The notes: generated by a model not told the origin, from the letters alone. A DNA stretch of 64,000 nt from a bacterium (GCA_029547225.1 JAKPPS010000042.1:4459-68458); one strand, 5' to 3'. Counted from the first letter of the stretch, positions 25,988-37,302 are shown. A program made the numbers and translations.

Positions 25988-27337
25988 TTATTTTATCTTT
26001 CTAGCTTCAAGATAGTATCGCTTCTCCTCAGCCTCTCCCATTGAGAAAGTTTTACGAGGAAGTGCACCATCGAGAATGACTGTCTTGAAAAGATCAGATT
26101 TCTCCATTGCTGGAAGTAAAAATCCGATATTATTTGAGCCTTTTTGAGTTGATAAATCTTCGACTTCTGACGCTCCATGAATATAGTCAAGTTTATTTGA
26201 AGTCTGCTTAATATATTCATCAAGGAATCCTTGCAAAGTTCCAACTTCGAGATTTTGTACAGGATTTGTAATAATTATTGTTCCTTTCTCATTCTCAGTA
26301 ATAAATGGGATTTTATGCTTTCCATTTTCTTTTTCCGTATCAAGCTCATTGGTAATTTCGATACTCATACCATTACTGACAAAGTAACTCTTAGCTGATT
26401 CTAGTAGGTTATCTGCGCATCCAAATACGACTCGGTGTATTGGTTCAAATGCTAAGCCATCATCATGGACATTGACTAATTCTACAAGAGCGTATCGAGC
26501 TGGATGATCTTTACGATCTTCTTCTGGAAGATCCTTCTTTATTTCTTCCCATATAGCTTTTGCTGTTGCAAAACTATGATTACCATCGCCCATGGCAAAA
26601 AGTAAAAGTCCAAAATTCTTCTCGTTTCCTTCTAAACTATATCTCTCTAAAAAGAACTCTTTGTTACCCAATTTCTCTAGCGCAAAGAATATTTGCTGCA
26701 GATGATCAGCCTTATCAATTTTATATCCTTTTATGTGTCCACCGTTTTGCATAAGATCAAAGTCATATAGCTTTTCAAGTTGTTCTGTATGATCGAAGAG
26801 TGGCTCTATAACAGATTTATCAGGATCGTCGATAAGTACCATAATATGTGGTAACTCAATAGAAGCATTTTCTCGTATCTTAATGCGTGGTGGTAATCGA
26901 TCAATGATTGTACCTTCAGTAGCACGAATTAATGTTTGAGATCCTTTATTAAAGTCATATGCTTCAAGATCAAGAGCTACGATAAGACCTTTACGAGAAG
27001 CTGTATGTGAGGTCTTACGGTCAACTAAAACGAAACTATTTTTATGCTCAGTAAAAATCTTATTCTGGACATATTCTTCCATTGTACGATTAATATTGGA
27101 TATTCTCTCTTCTTTATTTGGATCCTCAAGAAATATCTCTGGAAGAGTAATTTTAAATGTTGATGGATTATCTCCTACTATAGACGCAACCTTGTCCCAA
27201 TAGGATTTGTTGGAAGTAAACTGATCGCATGCAACAACTGACCATTTTGAATAATCCACAGACTTATTTGGGAGAAGTATATCGGGTATTGTGACGCCCA
27301 TGTTTGAGAATAATCTATTAATTTCTTTAATTTCCAT
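25988..27337 (-). CDS. DUF1015 family protein
   Basis: 449-aa ORF. The N-terminal pattern ...YSKWSVVACDQFTS... and the overall length match DUF1015 as I recall it. Confidence 0.65.
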   Translation of the reverse strand: MEIKEINRLFSNMGVTIPDILLPNKSVDYSKWSVVACDQFTSNKSYWDKVASIVGDNPSTFKITLPEIFLEDPNKEERISNINRTMEEYVQNKIFTEHKNSFVLVDRKTSHTASRKGLIVALDLEAYDFNKGSQTLIRATEGTIIDRLPPRIKIRENASIELPHIMVLIDDPDKSVIEPLFDHTEQLEKLYDFDLMQNGGHIKGYKIDKADHLQQIFFALEKLGNKEFFLERYSLEGNEKNFGLLLFAMGDGNHSFATAKAIWEEIKKDLPEEDRKDHPARYALVELVNVHDDGLAFEPIHRVVFGCADNLLESAKSYFVSNGMSIEITNELDTEKENGKHKIPFITENEKGTIIITNPVQNLEVGTLQGFLDEYIKQTSNKLDYIHGASEVEDLSTQKGSNNIGFLLPAMEKSDLFKTVILDGALPRKTFSMGEAEEKRYYLEARKIK

Positions 27338-27491
27338 GTAAATAAATTAATAACTTATTTAATTAACTGACTTATGTTCTATAAGCCATATGGGATATTA
27401 CATTGGATAAGTAAATAAAGCAACAGAGAAAATAAAAATTTATCTGTAAAAAAGAAAGAATTGCTGATTTAATAATGTCTATCTGTGAATG

Positions 27492-27540
27492 TATATAACC
27501 ATGCGCTGATTTTCAAAAATATCCGACAGCATTACAAACC
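27492..27540 (-). repeat. Box-2 intergenic repeat (variant)
   Basis: The reverse complement reads GGTTTGTAATGCTGTCGG..CAGCGCATGGTTATATA. Confidence 0.55.
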
Positions 27541-27619
27541 TTGCTCGTTGCATAAAATTACCACTTACACTTTTTTATACAATCGAATTAAGACTGAAAG
27601 AAATTTAATCGTTGAATAA

Positions 27620-28579
27620 TTATATCGATAGTAGTGACTTTTTATGACCATTTATGAAATCAATAGGTTTTGTGCGGTTTTTACCTTCCTCTTGTAGATC
27701 AGTAATTTCTAATATTTTATCATCAGCAGATTTTACAAATAAACGATTTTGGGTAGTAAATAATTCTCCAATTTTAGAATCTTTTGCATTTTGAATAATC
27801 TCATTATCATTGAGTAATACAACAGCAAAAAGCTTTATGCGGATTGCACCGTACATAAACCATGCTACTGGCCACGGTATAAATGCTCTTGTCATGCGAT
27901 CGATTGTTATTGAATCAAGCTTGGTGAAATCGATTTCAGCTACTTCTTTGGCGATATCTTTCTGCCAGCAAAATGTTGCTTTGCTGTCGTCTTGCTCTGT
28001 TGTGATAATCTCACCATTGCACCATTTGTAAAGGGTATCAGGCAGTATTTCACCTGTTAGTTTTACCAGTCTTTCTCTCAGGGACTGATTTGTGTCATTT
28101 TCTAGGATTTGTTCAGTATGTTGGGAAAGGATTGGACCTGCATCGAGCTTAGCAACCATCTTGACAATAGAAATACCAGTAATATCCGCTCCGTCTAGTA
28201 TAGCTTTTTGTATCGGTACTGCACCACGATATTTAGGCAATAATGAATAGTGCACATTAATTGCACCGTGCTTTGAATAAGATAAAAAGAAATCAGGAAT
28301 TATTTCACCGAAAGATTTACACAGGATAACATCTGGTTCAAAAATAGACATAGCTTCTTTATATCTTTCGATATCTCCAAGTGTATGAAAGACAGGTATA
28401 TTATTCTCGTTACAAAAAAGTTTTATCTCTGTTGGTAAGATCTCTTGCTTACGACCAACGGGCTTATCTGGTTGTGTTATTACACCAATTATTGAAAATC
28501 GAACATCTTCGAAAAGCACTTTCAAAGTATGTAGTGCCTCCCAATTTGAACCTAAAAATAATATTTTGATTTTTTCCAT
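27620..28579 (-). CDS. fmt: Methionyl-tRNA formyltransferase
   Basis: KILFLGS...VITQPDKPVGRKQ...HYSLLPKYRGAVPIQ motifs. The start is taken at MEKIKILF; the ORF track starts at 28606. Confidence 0.9.
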   Translation of the reverse strand: MEKIKILFLGSNWEALHTLKVLFEDVRFSIIGVITQPDKPVGRKQEILPTEIKLFCNENNIPVFHTLGDIERYKEAMSIFEPDVILCKSFGEIIPDFFLSYSKHGAINVHYSLLPKYRGAVPIQKAILDGADITGISIVKMVAKLDAGPILSQHTEQILENDTNQSLRERLVKLTGEILPDTLYKWCNGEIITTEQDDSKATFCWQKDIAKEVAEIDFTKLDSITIDRMTRAFIPWPVAWFMYGAIRIKLFAVVLLNDNEIIQNAKDSKIGELFTTQNRLFVKSADDKILEITDLQEEGKNRTKPIDFINGHKKSLLSI

Positions 28580-28629
28580 TTTATTTATTGATAAGTAACT
28601 TTGCAATTATAACAGAAATTAGAGATAAT

Positions 28630-29718
28630 ATGGAGATGATTTTTGATTATATTCTGCCAGAAAACTTAATAGCCAATTTCCCTCCAAAAGAAAGAGGTAC
28701 AACTCGTTTACTAGTTATTGATCGTAAGACTGGTGAAATTTCTCATAAGCGCTATTTTAATGTAGTTGATTATATTAAACCTGGAGATGTTGTTGTTCTT
28801 AACCGCACAAAAGTTATTAATGTACGCACATTTCCTATCGTCGCAAGAACGGGCAAAAAAGTACAACTACTTTTCTTAAATAATATTCAAAAAAATAATA
28901 TTGTAGATAATGAAGAAACAAATTCATATTTAGAAAGAAAATTTGGAAAAGATGAAGTTGAATACTGGTATGCTTTGATTGGTAGAGCTAAAAATGTCAA
29001 GATCGGCGACATCCTGCAATTCAAAGATGATGAAGAAGTTGAGATAATACATCGCAATGAAGGAGAAGCCGGATTTATTGTAGCTTGTCACAAAGAAATC
29101 ACATCTACAATATTTTCTAAATATGGTCATGTTCCACTGCCTCCATATATTAAGCGTGATGATAACGAAGATGATAAGATAAGATATAATACTGTATTTG
29201 CTAAGATTGACGGTTCTGTTGCTGCACCGACCGCAAGTTTGAATATTACTGATGAGATATTAAACCAAATAAATGCTAAAGGTGCATTCATTGCATATGT
29301 TGAACTCAAAGTAAGTTGGGGTACATTCTCACCTGTAAATACAAGCGATTATCGAGATTTCAAAATCCATGGCGAATATTACAATGTTATACCTGAAGAT
29401 GCCGATATTATAAATCGTGCAAAGGCAAATGGTGGGAATGTTTTCTCTTTTGGTACGACAGTAACAAGGGTTTTAGAAAGTCTAGCAGAAAATGGAAAAA
29501 TAAAATCTGGGGCGGGGTATACAGATATTTACATTTATCCTGGATACAAGTGGAAATTTGTGGATCATCTTGTAACCAATTTTCACACTCCACGATCTAG
29601 TTTGATTCTATTAGTAAATTCGTTTTTGGGTGAGGGACTCACAGAAAAAGCGTATAATATAGCTATAAAAGAGGGTTATGCATTTTTAAGTTATGGTGAT
29701 AGTATGCTTATTATCTAG
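28630..29718 (+). CDS. queA: S-adenosylmethionine:tRNA ribosyltransferase-isomerase
   Basis: FDYILPENLIANFPPKERGTTRLLV at the N-terminus and HVPLPPYI..., TNFHTPRSSL blocks. The start is taken at ATG 28630. Confidence 0.9.
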   Translation: MEMIFDYILPENLIANFPPKERGTTRLLVIDRKTGEISHKRYFNVVDYIKPGDVVVLNRTKVINVRTFPIVARTGKKVQLLFLNNIQKNNIVDNEETNSYLERKFGKDEVEYWYALIGRAKNVKIGDILQFKDDEEVEIIHRNEGEAGFIVACHKEITSTIFSKYGHVPLPPYIKRDDNEDDKIRYNTVFAKIDGSVAAPTASLNITDEILNQINAKGAFIAYVELKVSWGTFSPVNTSDYRDFKIHGEYYNVIPEDADIINRAKANGGNVFSFGTTVTRVLESLAENGKIKSGAGYTDIYIYPGYKWKFVDHLVTNFHTPRSSLILLVNSFLGEGLTEKAYNIAIKEGYAFLSYGDSMLII

Positions 29719-29735
29719 AATATTTAGAGTTATTT

Positions 29736-30812
29736 ATGAGTAAAATAATCGAAAAATTGAAATATAACATTGAAGATTTTGGTAAAACTCAGATCTTTCT
29801 GCCTGATGCTACCCGTGGAGCGGTAAGATTTGTAACAACCGAACAGTTAAAAAGCACACAAACTAAAGGAGTTGTTATTAACACATTGCATTTACTAATC
29901 AATATCGGTCCTGAAAAAATTATGGAACTCGGGGGGATGCATAGGTTTATGAATTGGGATGGGTATATACTAAGTGATTCGGGAGGCTTTCAAGTATTCT
30001 CGTTATTACATTCAAAGAAGTGGCAGGGTAAAGTAGATAAAGATGGTGCAACATTTAGAGCGCCGATCGATGGAACTGTACATCGATTAACACCTGAGTC
30101 GTCAATTGATATCCAAATCGCACTTGATAGTGACGTGCTTGTTGTTTTAGATGATTGCCGAAGTGCTGATGTAACAAGAAGTGATGCAGAACTTTCAGTA
30201 GATCGTACACTCCAATGGGCATACCGAGCAAAAAATCATTTTGAAAAGAAATATGGTGGTTTTGCAAAAACAAAAAAACTGATTTCTGCAGTTGTGCAAG
30301 GCGGTTCTTATGATGATCTGCGAATCAAATGTGCACAGGAATTGGTTAAAATTGGTTTTGATGGTTACAATTTCGGTGGATTTGTTGTTGATGAAAAAGG
30401 TGAGCTTGTAAAGGATCAGTTGAATGTTGTAGCAGAAAACACGCCAGCGGATAGATTTAAATATGCTATGGGTATTGGAAAACCAGAAGATATTCTTGAA
30501 GCGTATAGGTTAGGGTATAATGTGTTTGATACAGTTCTCGTTACTCGAAATGCGAGACATGGTACTCTTTATTCATTTGATAAAGAAGATGAAAATTATG
30601 CATTGCGGATTAAAAATTCTAGATACAATAAAGATTTAAGTCCTATCGATAGTACTTGCGATTGTGATGCATGCAAAAATTATTCGAGAGCATACTTTCA
30701 TAATATGTTAAAATCAAATGAAGCATCAGCGGTTTCATTGATGAGTGTTCATAATTTAAGATTTTATCAAAGATGGATAGAAAAAATTTCGGAAATGGAA
30801 ATGAAAGCATAA
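29736..30812 (+). CDS. tgt: Queuine tRNA-ribosyltransferase
   Basis: DSGGFQVFSL catalytic block and the zinc site CDCDACKNYSRAYFHN. Confidence 0.9.
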   Translation: MSKIIEKLKYNIEDFGKTQIFLPDATRGAVRFVTTEQLKSTQTKGVVINTLHLLINIGPEKIMELGGMHRFMNWDGYILSDSGGFQVFSLLHSKKWQGKVDKDGATFRAPIDGTVHRLTPESSIDIQIALDSDVLVVLDDCRSADVTRSDAELSVDRTLQWAYRAKNHFEKKYGGFAKTKKLISAVVQGGSYDDLRIKCAQELVKIGFDGYNFGGFVVDEKGELVKDQLNVVAENTPADRFKYAMGIGKPEDILEAYRLGYNVFDTVLVTRNARHGTLYSFDKEDENYALRIKNSRYNKDLSPIDSTCDCDACKNYSRAYFHNMLKSNEASAVSLMSVHNLRFYQRWIEKISEMEMKA

Positions 30813-31591
30813 TAAAAACAATATTCTTCTTACTTATTTTCTCAATAATGAGTGTAATTCTAGTAATAATAAGAATACAGTATTCAAATAGTATTTACTA
30901 TCTATTTATGATATGGAATCTTATATTGGCTTGGATACCTTTAGGTTTATCTTTTGCTATTAATGCTATCATTGAGCGCAATAGACCTCTTGAAAACGAT
31001 ATACAGACTGAAAATAAAAAGAAGCAAAACAAGGAAGAATTAAGAAGCAAGAAAATTATCAGTTCAAAATTTAGTAAAACCCCATTCAAAGTAATCATTG
31101 TAATTATCTTATTTATTATATGGTTATTATTCTTCCCAAATACTTTATATATTGTAACTGATCTTTTTCACTTAAATACTTCATATTATGTTGAAGTTCC
31201 TCGATGGTATGATCTGATTCTTTTGATGTCATTTGTATGGTCTGGATTGTTACTCGGTTTTATGTCATTAAATATGATTCATACAATTATTCACAGATAT
31301 AAGGGACGAATATGGGGATGGATTTCTGTAGCATTAATAATATTAGTCTCGAGTTTAGGAATATATATTGGTCGTTATGAGCGATGGAATAGTTGGGACG
31401 TCTTCTTATCTCCGCAAGAGCTTTTTGTCGATATCTTTACAAAAATCCTTAATCCATTAACCTATCCTGGTATATATGGTGTTACAATAGTTTTTTCGGT
31501 TTTCTTCTTTATGTCATATCTGATTTACTTAAATATCAGAGATAATAGAGTTTTGCACGGAGGAAAAAGGATTGAAGGAAAATCTAAATAA
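30773..31591 (+). CDS. DUF1361-like integral membrane protein
   Basis: Polytopic ORF with the WNLILAWIP signature. The start is uncertain, and the ORF overlaps the tgt 3' end by 40 nt if 30773 is used. Confidence 0.55.
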   Translation: MDRKNFGNGNESIIKTIFFLLIFSIMSVILVIIRIQYSNSIYYLFMIWNLILAWIPLGLSFAINAIIERNRPLENDIQTENKKKQNKEELRSKKIISSKFSKTPFKVIIVIILFIIWLLFFPNTLYIVTDLFHLNTSYYVEVPRWYDLILLMSFVWSGLLLGFMSLNMIHTIIHRYKGRIWGWISVALIILVSSLGIYIGRYERWNSWDVFLSPQELFVDIFTKILNPLTYPGIYGVTIVFSVFFFMSYLIYLNIRDNRVLHGGKRIEGKSK

Positions 31592-31697
31592 CTTAATTAA
31601 GATTGTGAAAAGCATTTTTTATTGATTTTCAAGACAATTCTACCGAGAGCAAGTAAAAATGTTAGAAAAGTAAGTATTTAAATTAATCGCATAAACG

Positions 31698-33509
31698 ATG
31701 CGCCAAGAAAAATCTCGTTTTACAAAAGTATCGTTATACCTGATTACAAAAATTGTGTTAAATCTAGTATTACTTATTTTAGTAGTGTTCGGCTGGACTT
31801 ATGCCATAATTTATAAATTCCCATCAACGATTGATAATGGAGGAAAAATATTTGATTCCATGCTACTTTTTGTTTCTAATAATATATTAGTGATTATTGG
31901 ACTATTAATTCTGTTCATCGCAATCTCACTCTTTGTTACATATTTCTTTTTTCATGAGCAATTCACATATTATAAGATGAAAACTGAAAAAGTCAGTTTA
32001 CGTACAGGCAGAATAGTTGGCGATCTTTTGGTTAAATTATTCCTTATGATGATAATTATTGTAGTAAGTTTTCCTATTTCATCATTAACTACTGAGATAG
32101 TATTGAACAATAGATTAAAAGGTTACTATGAAGATATTATTCAGAATAATATAGAAACAGATATTGATGAAATAATTACTAATATAGATGGTATAAATAT
32201 TCAAGAGGAAAGCTTGCAAGATAATGGTGTGAAGCTATCTGATCAAGATTTACATAATATTTATCTTGACTCAAGACAATGTGAATTTGCAATAGTTGAA
32301 GATTATCTCTTATCACAACAGAAATACTCAGAATTTGTGAGAAAAGACATTTTGTCTATGAGTGACATTAATGAATTATATTATATTGGTAATGAGAGAA
32401 ATTATTATGATGGTTATATTGTTCCTTATGTAATCTCTTGGATATTTGATGTACAGGTTATTAATAATATTGATATCCCAGCTAATTACTCATATACCAC
32501 ACACACTTGTCTTTCGGATATTTCTCATCAAGATTTAGCTGCACTCGGTCCAATAATTAATGAAATTGCTTTTAGACGTGCATTCGAAAACATTGACTTA
32601 TCAGTAAAACCCGAGTACTTCTTACTTGTCGAGAATGAATATATCGCTAAAAGGAAGGTTGAAACGCAAAAGCTTATTGAAGAATATGATCTTATTATTG
32701 CAAGCAATCAAGAAATATTGACTGAAATCTATGAATTTAGAGCAAAGAAGGATTATACGATTTCGATTATGGGGGTTGAATATTGGAACGAATTTGAAGA
32801 ACGGCTTAACGCAGTTGAAATACAAGCAAATAACAATATTGAAAAAACAGAAAGTATCAAAGCAGAATTAGTCGAGTCTGATGACGAAATAGGAGCAGAA
32901 GCAGGAATATTTTTACAGCCCAAAACTATTAATATTGCTTATGTTGACTCAGACAATAATATTAATAGATTCATAACATTTATGCATGAATATCTTCATT
33001 ATGCATCATATATAACTAGTCAGCTCACTCAGGAAGGAGAGGTATTTAGTTATTCAAATGAGGAAAAAGCCTACTCAGGAGATTGGAATGGAGAATATCT
33101 AGAACTCTTTTATGAGGAAGCTATGACCGAGATTTTGGCAGACAAAATGTTGGTGAGCTTAAGTAATAATGGATATGAAACAGGTGAGTTTATACAAAAT
33201 TTGAATCAGTCGTATTATCCGATATCAGGATTATTAGATTTTCTTTACTCAAAAGATCCATCAATAAATGAAAAAGCTTACTTTACTAAAGATTTAGACT
33301 CAGAAGAGGTTGTTTTTGATACGGTGTATGGAGAAGGTTTTTATGCTGCTAATTATGAGCTTTTTTATGTTATATTCGACAAAATCTACTATTATGATTC
33401 TCCTTTTAGTGCCGAAGTAAATGAATTATTGAAGAATATGTCAGTAGATGAGAGTTGTTACTTCGATGAATCCTATGGATTTAGCTTTGAATGCATTCCA
33501 TATCTATAG
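31698..33509 (+). CDS. Membrane-anchored hypothetical protein with an HExxH motif (putative zinc metalloprotease)
   Basis: 603-aa ORF with 3-4 N-terminal TM segments and FMHEYLHYAS (HExxH) at about residue 430. Confidence 0.45.
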   Translation: MRQEKSRFTKVSLYLITKIVLNLVLLILVVFGWTYAIIYKFPSTIDNGGKIFDSMLLFVSNNILVIIGLLILFIAISLFVTYFFFHEQFTYYKMKTEKVSLRTGRIVGDLLVKLFLMMIIIVVSFPISSLTTEIVLNNRLKGYYEDIIQNNIETDIDEIITNIDGINIQEESLQDNGVKLSDQDLHNIYLDSRQCEFAIVEDYLLSQQKYSEFVRKDILSMSDINELYYIGNERNYYDGYIVPYVISWIFDVQVINNIDIPANYSYTTHTCLSDISHQDLAALGPIINEIAFRRAFENIDLSVKPEYFLLVENEYIAKRKVETQKLIEEYDLIIASNQEILTEIYEFRAKKDYTISIMGVEYWNEFEERLNAVEIQANNNIEKTESIKAELVESDDEIGAEAGIFLQPKTINIAYVDSDNNINRFITFMHEYLHYASYITSQLTQEGEVFSYSNEEKAYSGDWNGEYLELFYEEAMTEILADKMLVSLSNNGYETGEFIQNLNQSYYPISGLLDFLYSKDPSINEKAYFTKDLDSEEVVFDTVYGEGFYAANYELFYVIFDKIYYYDSPFSAEVNELLKNMSVDESCYFDESYGFSFECIPYL

Positions 33510-33652
33510 ATACTTTTTTTGAAATTGTTTACAGGCATCAATAGAAAGTTTTTGATTACAGCTTATTCACTTAAAATTTAATAAAATGTCTACTCCTAGA
33601 ACAAGTAAATTTTGTGTAATTACATCTTGATATCAAAATTGTATATATGACA

Positions 33653-35386
33653 TTATGGTTTTGAGGCGTTAAGTAGATTATAAAATTTACCTTTCTGCTT
33701 GATTAACTGCTCAGGCGTGCCAGCTTCTGCAATTTTATTATTTTCGATAAATATTATTTTATCAGCATTTTTAATTGTGCTTAGTCTATGTGCTATTACA
33801 ATAGAAGTAATGTTTTTGGTAGCTTTGTCGATAGCTTGTTGAATTATTTTTTCCCATTTTGAATCAATGTTTGATGTAGCTTCATCAAGAATCAAAATCT
33901 TAGGATCTCTCAATAATATCCGGCAAATAGCTATTAACTGCTTTTGACCGCTACTGAGAATTGTCTGATTATCATCGATTTTCGTATTGATCCCATCTGA
34001 TAATCCGTCAATAATTTTATTTGCGCCAAGACTGCAAAAAATATTCTTTATCTGCTCATCTGTGATTGTCGGATTTCCATATTTTAGATTATTTGCAATT
34101 GTATCGGCGAATAAAAAGTTATCTTGCAATAAATAGCCAATAGATTTTCTGAGAATTTTGATATCCCAATTGCGAACATCTACATCGTCAATTAGTATTG
34201 ATCCCTCAACAACATCGTAAAGCCTTGCAATCAAATTTACAAAAGTTGTCTTACCGCCTCCAGTGGGTCCTACGATAGCAACTGTTTCGCCTGGTTCAAT
34301 AATAAAATTAATATTATTTAATACTTTCTGATTTTTACTATATGAAAAAGAAACATTCTTAAATTCAATTTTTCCTTTTAGTTTTTCTTTTGATATCGAG
34401 TAAGGTTTTTCAATCTGTTTGATACTACTTTCTTCAGACATTATTTCAATAATACGATCAGTAGCGATCAGACCGTTTTGTATTGTTCGCCAGAGGACTT
34501 CAATATTATTTAATGGCTGGTACAACTGTTGTATATAAGACACAAGTGCAACAACTAATCCCAAGGACATTGAGCCGATACTAAATAGATGTAAAGAATA
34601 AACTAAAGTCAAAAGTCGACCTGCAGTAGTCAGTAAAATATTAATAGGGAGAGCTATGGATTCGATGATACCTGCTTTAATATTACTGGAAAACACTTTA
34701 CTGCTACCTCTTTGTAAATTTTGCTCGAAAAGTGCATTATTCCCGAATATTTTAATTATTTCAAAACCGGATAATGATTCTTGGATAGAGGCAGATAATT
34801 CACTCTCAGATTCATACGATCTTTTTATCCTGCTCTTTAGGACTTTTGCTTGTAAATAAAGAACTGAAATAACAAGTACGAAAGGTACCAATCCGACCAA
34901 TCCTATACGATAATCAAGGACTAGTATTGCAATAAGTATTGCAAGACTAGTAGCGATTACTGATATTAATCGGCCAACACCATCTGAAATCATACGATTA
35001 ACAGATTCAACATTACTGATAATTCTGTTGATTAGATCACCAGATTTCGATTCAACAATATATTTCATCGGTAATTCTTCGATTTTCTCGAAAAGATCTT
35101 GTCGTAAAGAAAATAGTAAGTTCTGCCCCAATTTACCCTGAGTTTTAATTGTGATATATCTTGAAATAAATTCTATTATTGCTACAGCTAGTATTAATAA
35201 GGCATATTTTAATAGCTTTGACTGATCATTGGGAGTTATAACATTGTCGATGGTAAGGTTAATAAGGTATGGAATAGCAATTGCGCACACAGAGCCGACA
35301 ATGAGAGCTAATACAATAATAACAATACTTTGTTTATAATTTTTAAGATATTTAATAAAAAAATCTCTTCTACTGATCTTTGCCAT
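33653..35386 (-). CDS. ABC transporter, fused permease/ATP-binding protein (second half of a heterodimeric exporter pair)
   Basis: Walker A GPTGGGKTT, signature LSSGQKQL and Walker B ILILDEATS. It overlaps the upstream partner by 17 nt. Confidence 0.9.
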   Translation of the reverse strand: MAKISRRDFFIKYLKNYKQSIVIIVLALIVGSVCAIAIPYLINLTIDNVITPNDQSKLLKYALLILAVAIIEFISRYITIKTQGKLGQNLLFSLRQDLFEKIEELPMKYIVESKSGDLINRIISNVESVNRMISDGVGRLISVIATSLAILIAILVLDYRIGLVGLVPFVLVISVLYLQAKVLKSRIKRSYESESELSASIQESLSGFEIIKIFGNNALFEQNLQRGSSKVFSSNIKAGIIESIALPINILLTTAGRLLTLVYSLHLFSIGSMSLGLVVALVSYIQQLYQPLNNIEVLWRTIQNGLIATDRIIEIMSEESSIKQIEKPYSISKEKLKGKIEFKNVSFSYSKNQKVLNNINFIIEPGETVAIVGPTGGGKTTFVNLIARLYDVVEGSILIDDVDVRNWDIKILRKSIGYLLQDNFLFADTIANNLKYGNPTITDEQIKNIFCSLGANKIIDGLSDGINTKIDDNQTILSSGQKQLIAICRILLRDPKILILDEATSNIDSKWEKIIQQAIDKATKNITSIVIAHRLSTIKNADKIIFIENNKIAEAGTPEQLIKQKGKFYNLLNASKP

Positions 35387-37070
35387 AATTACTTTGAGAA
35401 ATTAATAATTCTTTATATGTAAAACACCTTTCAGACAACTGTTTATGTGTACCTATATCAACTATCTTTCCGTGGTCAAGGACGATAATCTGATCACAAT
35501 CTCGAACAGATGAGATTTTTTGACTGATGAGTATAGTTGTTAAATCAGGGTAATCACGATTTAGCCTTTCAAATAATAACCTTTCTGTTTTATTGTCTAA
35601 TTTACTAGTACTGTCATCAAAAATAAGAATTTGAGGATTTCTTATCAAAGCTCGAGCAATCATGATTCTTTGTTTCTGACCGCCGGAGATTGTTGTACCT
35701 CTTTCTCCGATTAATGTTTCTAGGCCATCTTTGAGACTAGCTACAAAATCATCAAGTACAACAGTATTCAGGATTTTCTGTAAAGATTTATCATTTTGAT
35801 CAAGTCCGAATTTAATGTTTTCTCTAATTGATGTGTTGAAGATGTATTGCTCTTGTGGTACAAATCCGATCATATCTAAGTAAGACTGCAAGGAATAATT
35901 CTTAATATTCTCTCCGTTAACAATAATTTCCCCTTCATCAGGTTCGACTAACCGGATGAGAGTTTTAAGTAATAGAGTTTTACCAGATCCTGTAGAACCA
36001 ACTACGCCGACACTTTCTCCTTTAGAAATCTTTATTGAAATCGGACCTAATGTAAAATTTCCTTTAACGATAATATCTTTAAATTTCAAATCATGGAAAT
36101 TCTTTAAATCCTTTTCACCTTGTTCAATTTTATCATTGTAATCAAGTACTTCAGACATACGTTTAATAGAAGATAATGATTGCCCAGCAGAAGATACTAT
36201 AAAGCCAAGTATTATAATCGGCGAAGTAAATATTGTTGTGTAATTTATAAATGCAGCTATCTCGCCAATACTCATCTCTCCATTGATTGATTTGAGACCT
36301 CCGATGATGACAATTAATAATGTCGCGATATTAATAAAAATTGAAATTAGTGGTACAAAAATAGAAAATATATTTACTATCTTCAATGAATTTAGTCTTG
36401 TATCATTATTTACATCTCGAAACTTTGTATTTTCAATATCTTCTGTGGTAAACACCTTAATTAAGGCACTACCAATAATAGATTCTGTAATGGTCTTGTT
36501 AAGGTCATCGTTTAGAGTCCTAGATTTCTCAAAGAATTTTTGAGCTTTTTTGAAAACGAATGTGAAAGCAATAAACATAATCGGTATTAATGCAAGGACA
36601 TATAATGTAAGTGTAACATTAGTCCTGAACATCAAAAACAAACTCCCGCATACTAATATCACTCCTGCGGTGAAAACTGGTACAGCCATCGAAAGTATGT
36701 CTTTAACCAAAAAAATATCTGTTGTCATAACATTCAATAACTTTTGTGAGGTTTGATTTTTGACGAATCTTATTGATGAACGGGCGAGTTTACTAGCAAT
36801 TTCATTGCGCAAGTCACGGGCAATGATTTCAGAAGTAATAAGATTGATGATTTTATAAATAAAGTAAATACCAATCGATGAACCAGCGATAATAAATAAT
36901 AAATTTATTTCCTTGAAATCTTGGGCACCGGAAGCGTATTTGTCGATTATAATACCTCCTAAATAGGGCATAATAATATATGAGACATTTGATATCGCTG
37001 TAAAAACAAAGCTTATCGCCTGTAACAACAACACTTTAGGTTTTAATGCTTGTTTGATTACTGAATTCAC
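35370..37070 (-). CDS. ABC transporter, fused permease/ATP-binding protein (first half of a heterodimeric exporter pair)
   Basis: Walker A GSTGSGKTL, signature ISGGQKQR and Walker B ILIFDDSTS. Confidence 0.9.
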   Translation of the reverse strand: MNSVIKQALKPKVLLLQAISFVFTAISNVSYIIMPYLGGIIIDKYASGAQDFKEINLLFIIAGSSIGIYFIYKIINLITSEIIARDLRNEIASKLARSSIRFVKNQTSQKLLNVMTTDIFLVKDILSMAVPVFTAGVILVCGSLFLMFRTNVTLTLYVLALIPIMFIAFTFVFKKAQKFFEKSRTLNDDLNKTITESIIGSALIKVFTTEDIENTKFRDVNNDTRLNSLKIVNIFSIFVPLISIFINIATLLIVIIGGLKSINGEMSIGEIAAFINYTTIFTSPIIILGFIVSSAGQSLSSIKRMSEVLDYNDKIEQGEKDLKNFHDLKFKDIIVKGNFTLGPISIKISKGESVGVVGSTGSGKTLLLKTLIRLVEPDEGEIIVNGENIKNYSLQSYLDMIGFVPQEQYIFNTSIRENIKFGLDQNDKSLQKILNTVVLDDFVASLKDGLETLIGERGTTISGGQKQRIMIARALIRNPQILIFDDSTSKLDNKTERLLFERLNRDYPDLTTILISQKISSVRDCDQIIVLDHGKIVDIGTHKQLSERCFTYKELLISQSNYGKDQ

Positions 37071-37136
37071 AATACAGTATTATACTCTCATTACAGAAAT
37101 TTTGAACTACCTTCTCGTGATAATATTAGTAAATAA

Positions 37137-37184
37137 CTATATATCAGAGCAAAATCCGAACGCGACCTCTAACAATCACTATCC
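37137..37184 (-). repeat. Box-2 intergenic repeat (degenerate)
   Basis: The reverse complement reads GGATAGTGATTGTTAGAGGTCGCG..GCTCTGATATATAG. This only partly matches the box-2 consensus. Confidence 0.35.
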
Positions 37185-37250
37185 AAGGGCCTGTTTTCAA
37201 AAAATGCATATTTATAGTATCGTGCAAGCTGTACTGAAATAACATAATGC

Positions 37251-37302
37251 TTGGGTAGTCATGGATAGCTTTTAACGGAACGCAATTAGGTTGGTGGCAT
37301 AC
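37251..37302 (+). repeat. Box-1 intergenic repeat
   Basis: TGGGTAGTCATGGATAGCTTTTAACGGAACGCAATTAGGTTGGTGGCATACC. Confidence 0.7.
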
